This document shows positions 63,766 to 64,000 of a stretch of DNA of 64,000 nucleotides, in pieces; positions within the stretch are counted from its first letter, which is position 1, and each line of letters starts with the position of its first letter. The translations under genes were made by a program, and so were the position numbers. The notes below the pieces were generated by a model, which saw only the letters and a list, made by a program, of their open reading frames with translations, ran no database searches and was not told where the DNA came from. Location: assembly GCF_009834535.1 (NCBI RefSeq), contig NC_045696.1, positions 11,410,001 through 11,474,000 of the forward strand. The letters run 5' to 3'. Source of the DNA: Camelus ferus. Its lineage: Eukaryota.

Positions 63766-64000
63766 GTCCTCATTCCCTCCCTCCGGTGAGTTAACAGTAG
63801 GTCAAATGAGAAGGAAAAAAGTACAAGGAAATGTCTTCCTTCCTGTACTTGTTCTCAAATCTGGAGTCGACACCCCCGCATGGGGACGCGTGGGCCATCA
63901 GGTGTCCCTCAGGGTTTCCGCGCTGTGCATTCCGGCCTGTAAGCCTTCCTGAAAGAGCCCTCCCCATGGAAACGGCCAAGGTGCAGCCTTCCTGGGAAGT

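Overview
Mammalian genomic DNA, most likely camelid (two Vic-1-like tRNA-derived SINEs plus cetartiodactyl-type L1 3' ends). The right third carries the 3' part of HUNK (hormonally up-regulated Neu-associated kinase) on the minus strand. Five GT-AG coding exons (60053-60215, 56603-56686, 51514-51561, 46521-46701, 43256-43914) splice in frame to a TAA stop, followed by a probable ~3.7 kb 3'UTR (AATAAA at 39570-39575, minus strand). The kinase-domain exons lie beyond the right edge. The left ~39 kb is gene-free, repeat-rich intergenic DNA (MaLR/ERVL/ERV1 solo LTRs, L1, L2, MIR, MER DNA transposons). Most notable observations: a near full-length mariner transposase fossil split by nested L1s, a hAT/Charlie transposase fossil and a (TTAGGG)4 interstitial telomeric repeat in HUNK introns, a well-preserved MER41-like solo LTR with TSD, an intronic CACCC/CCAAT cluster, and candidate alternative/intronic polyadenylation of HUNK. 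I found no convincing evidence of a wholly new biological system. Nearly all ORF-track entries are spurious. Repeat family names and HUNK exon numbers are from recognition/memory, not database searches, and repeat boundaries without a TSD are approximate.
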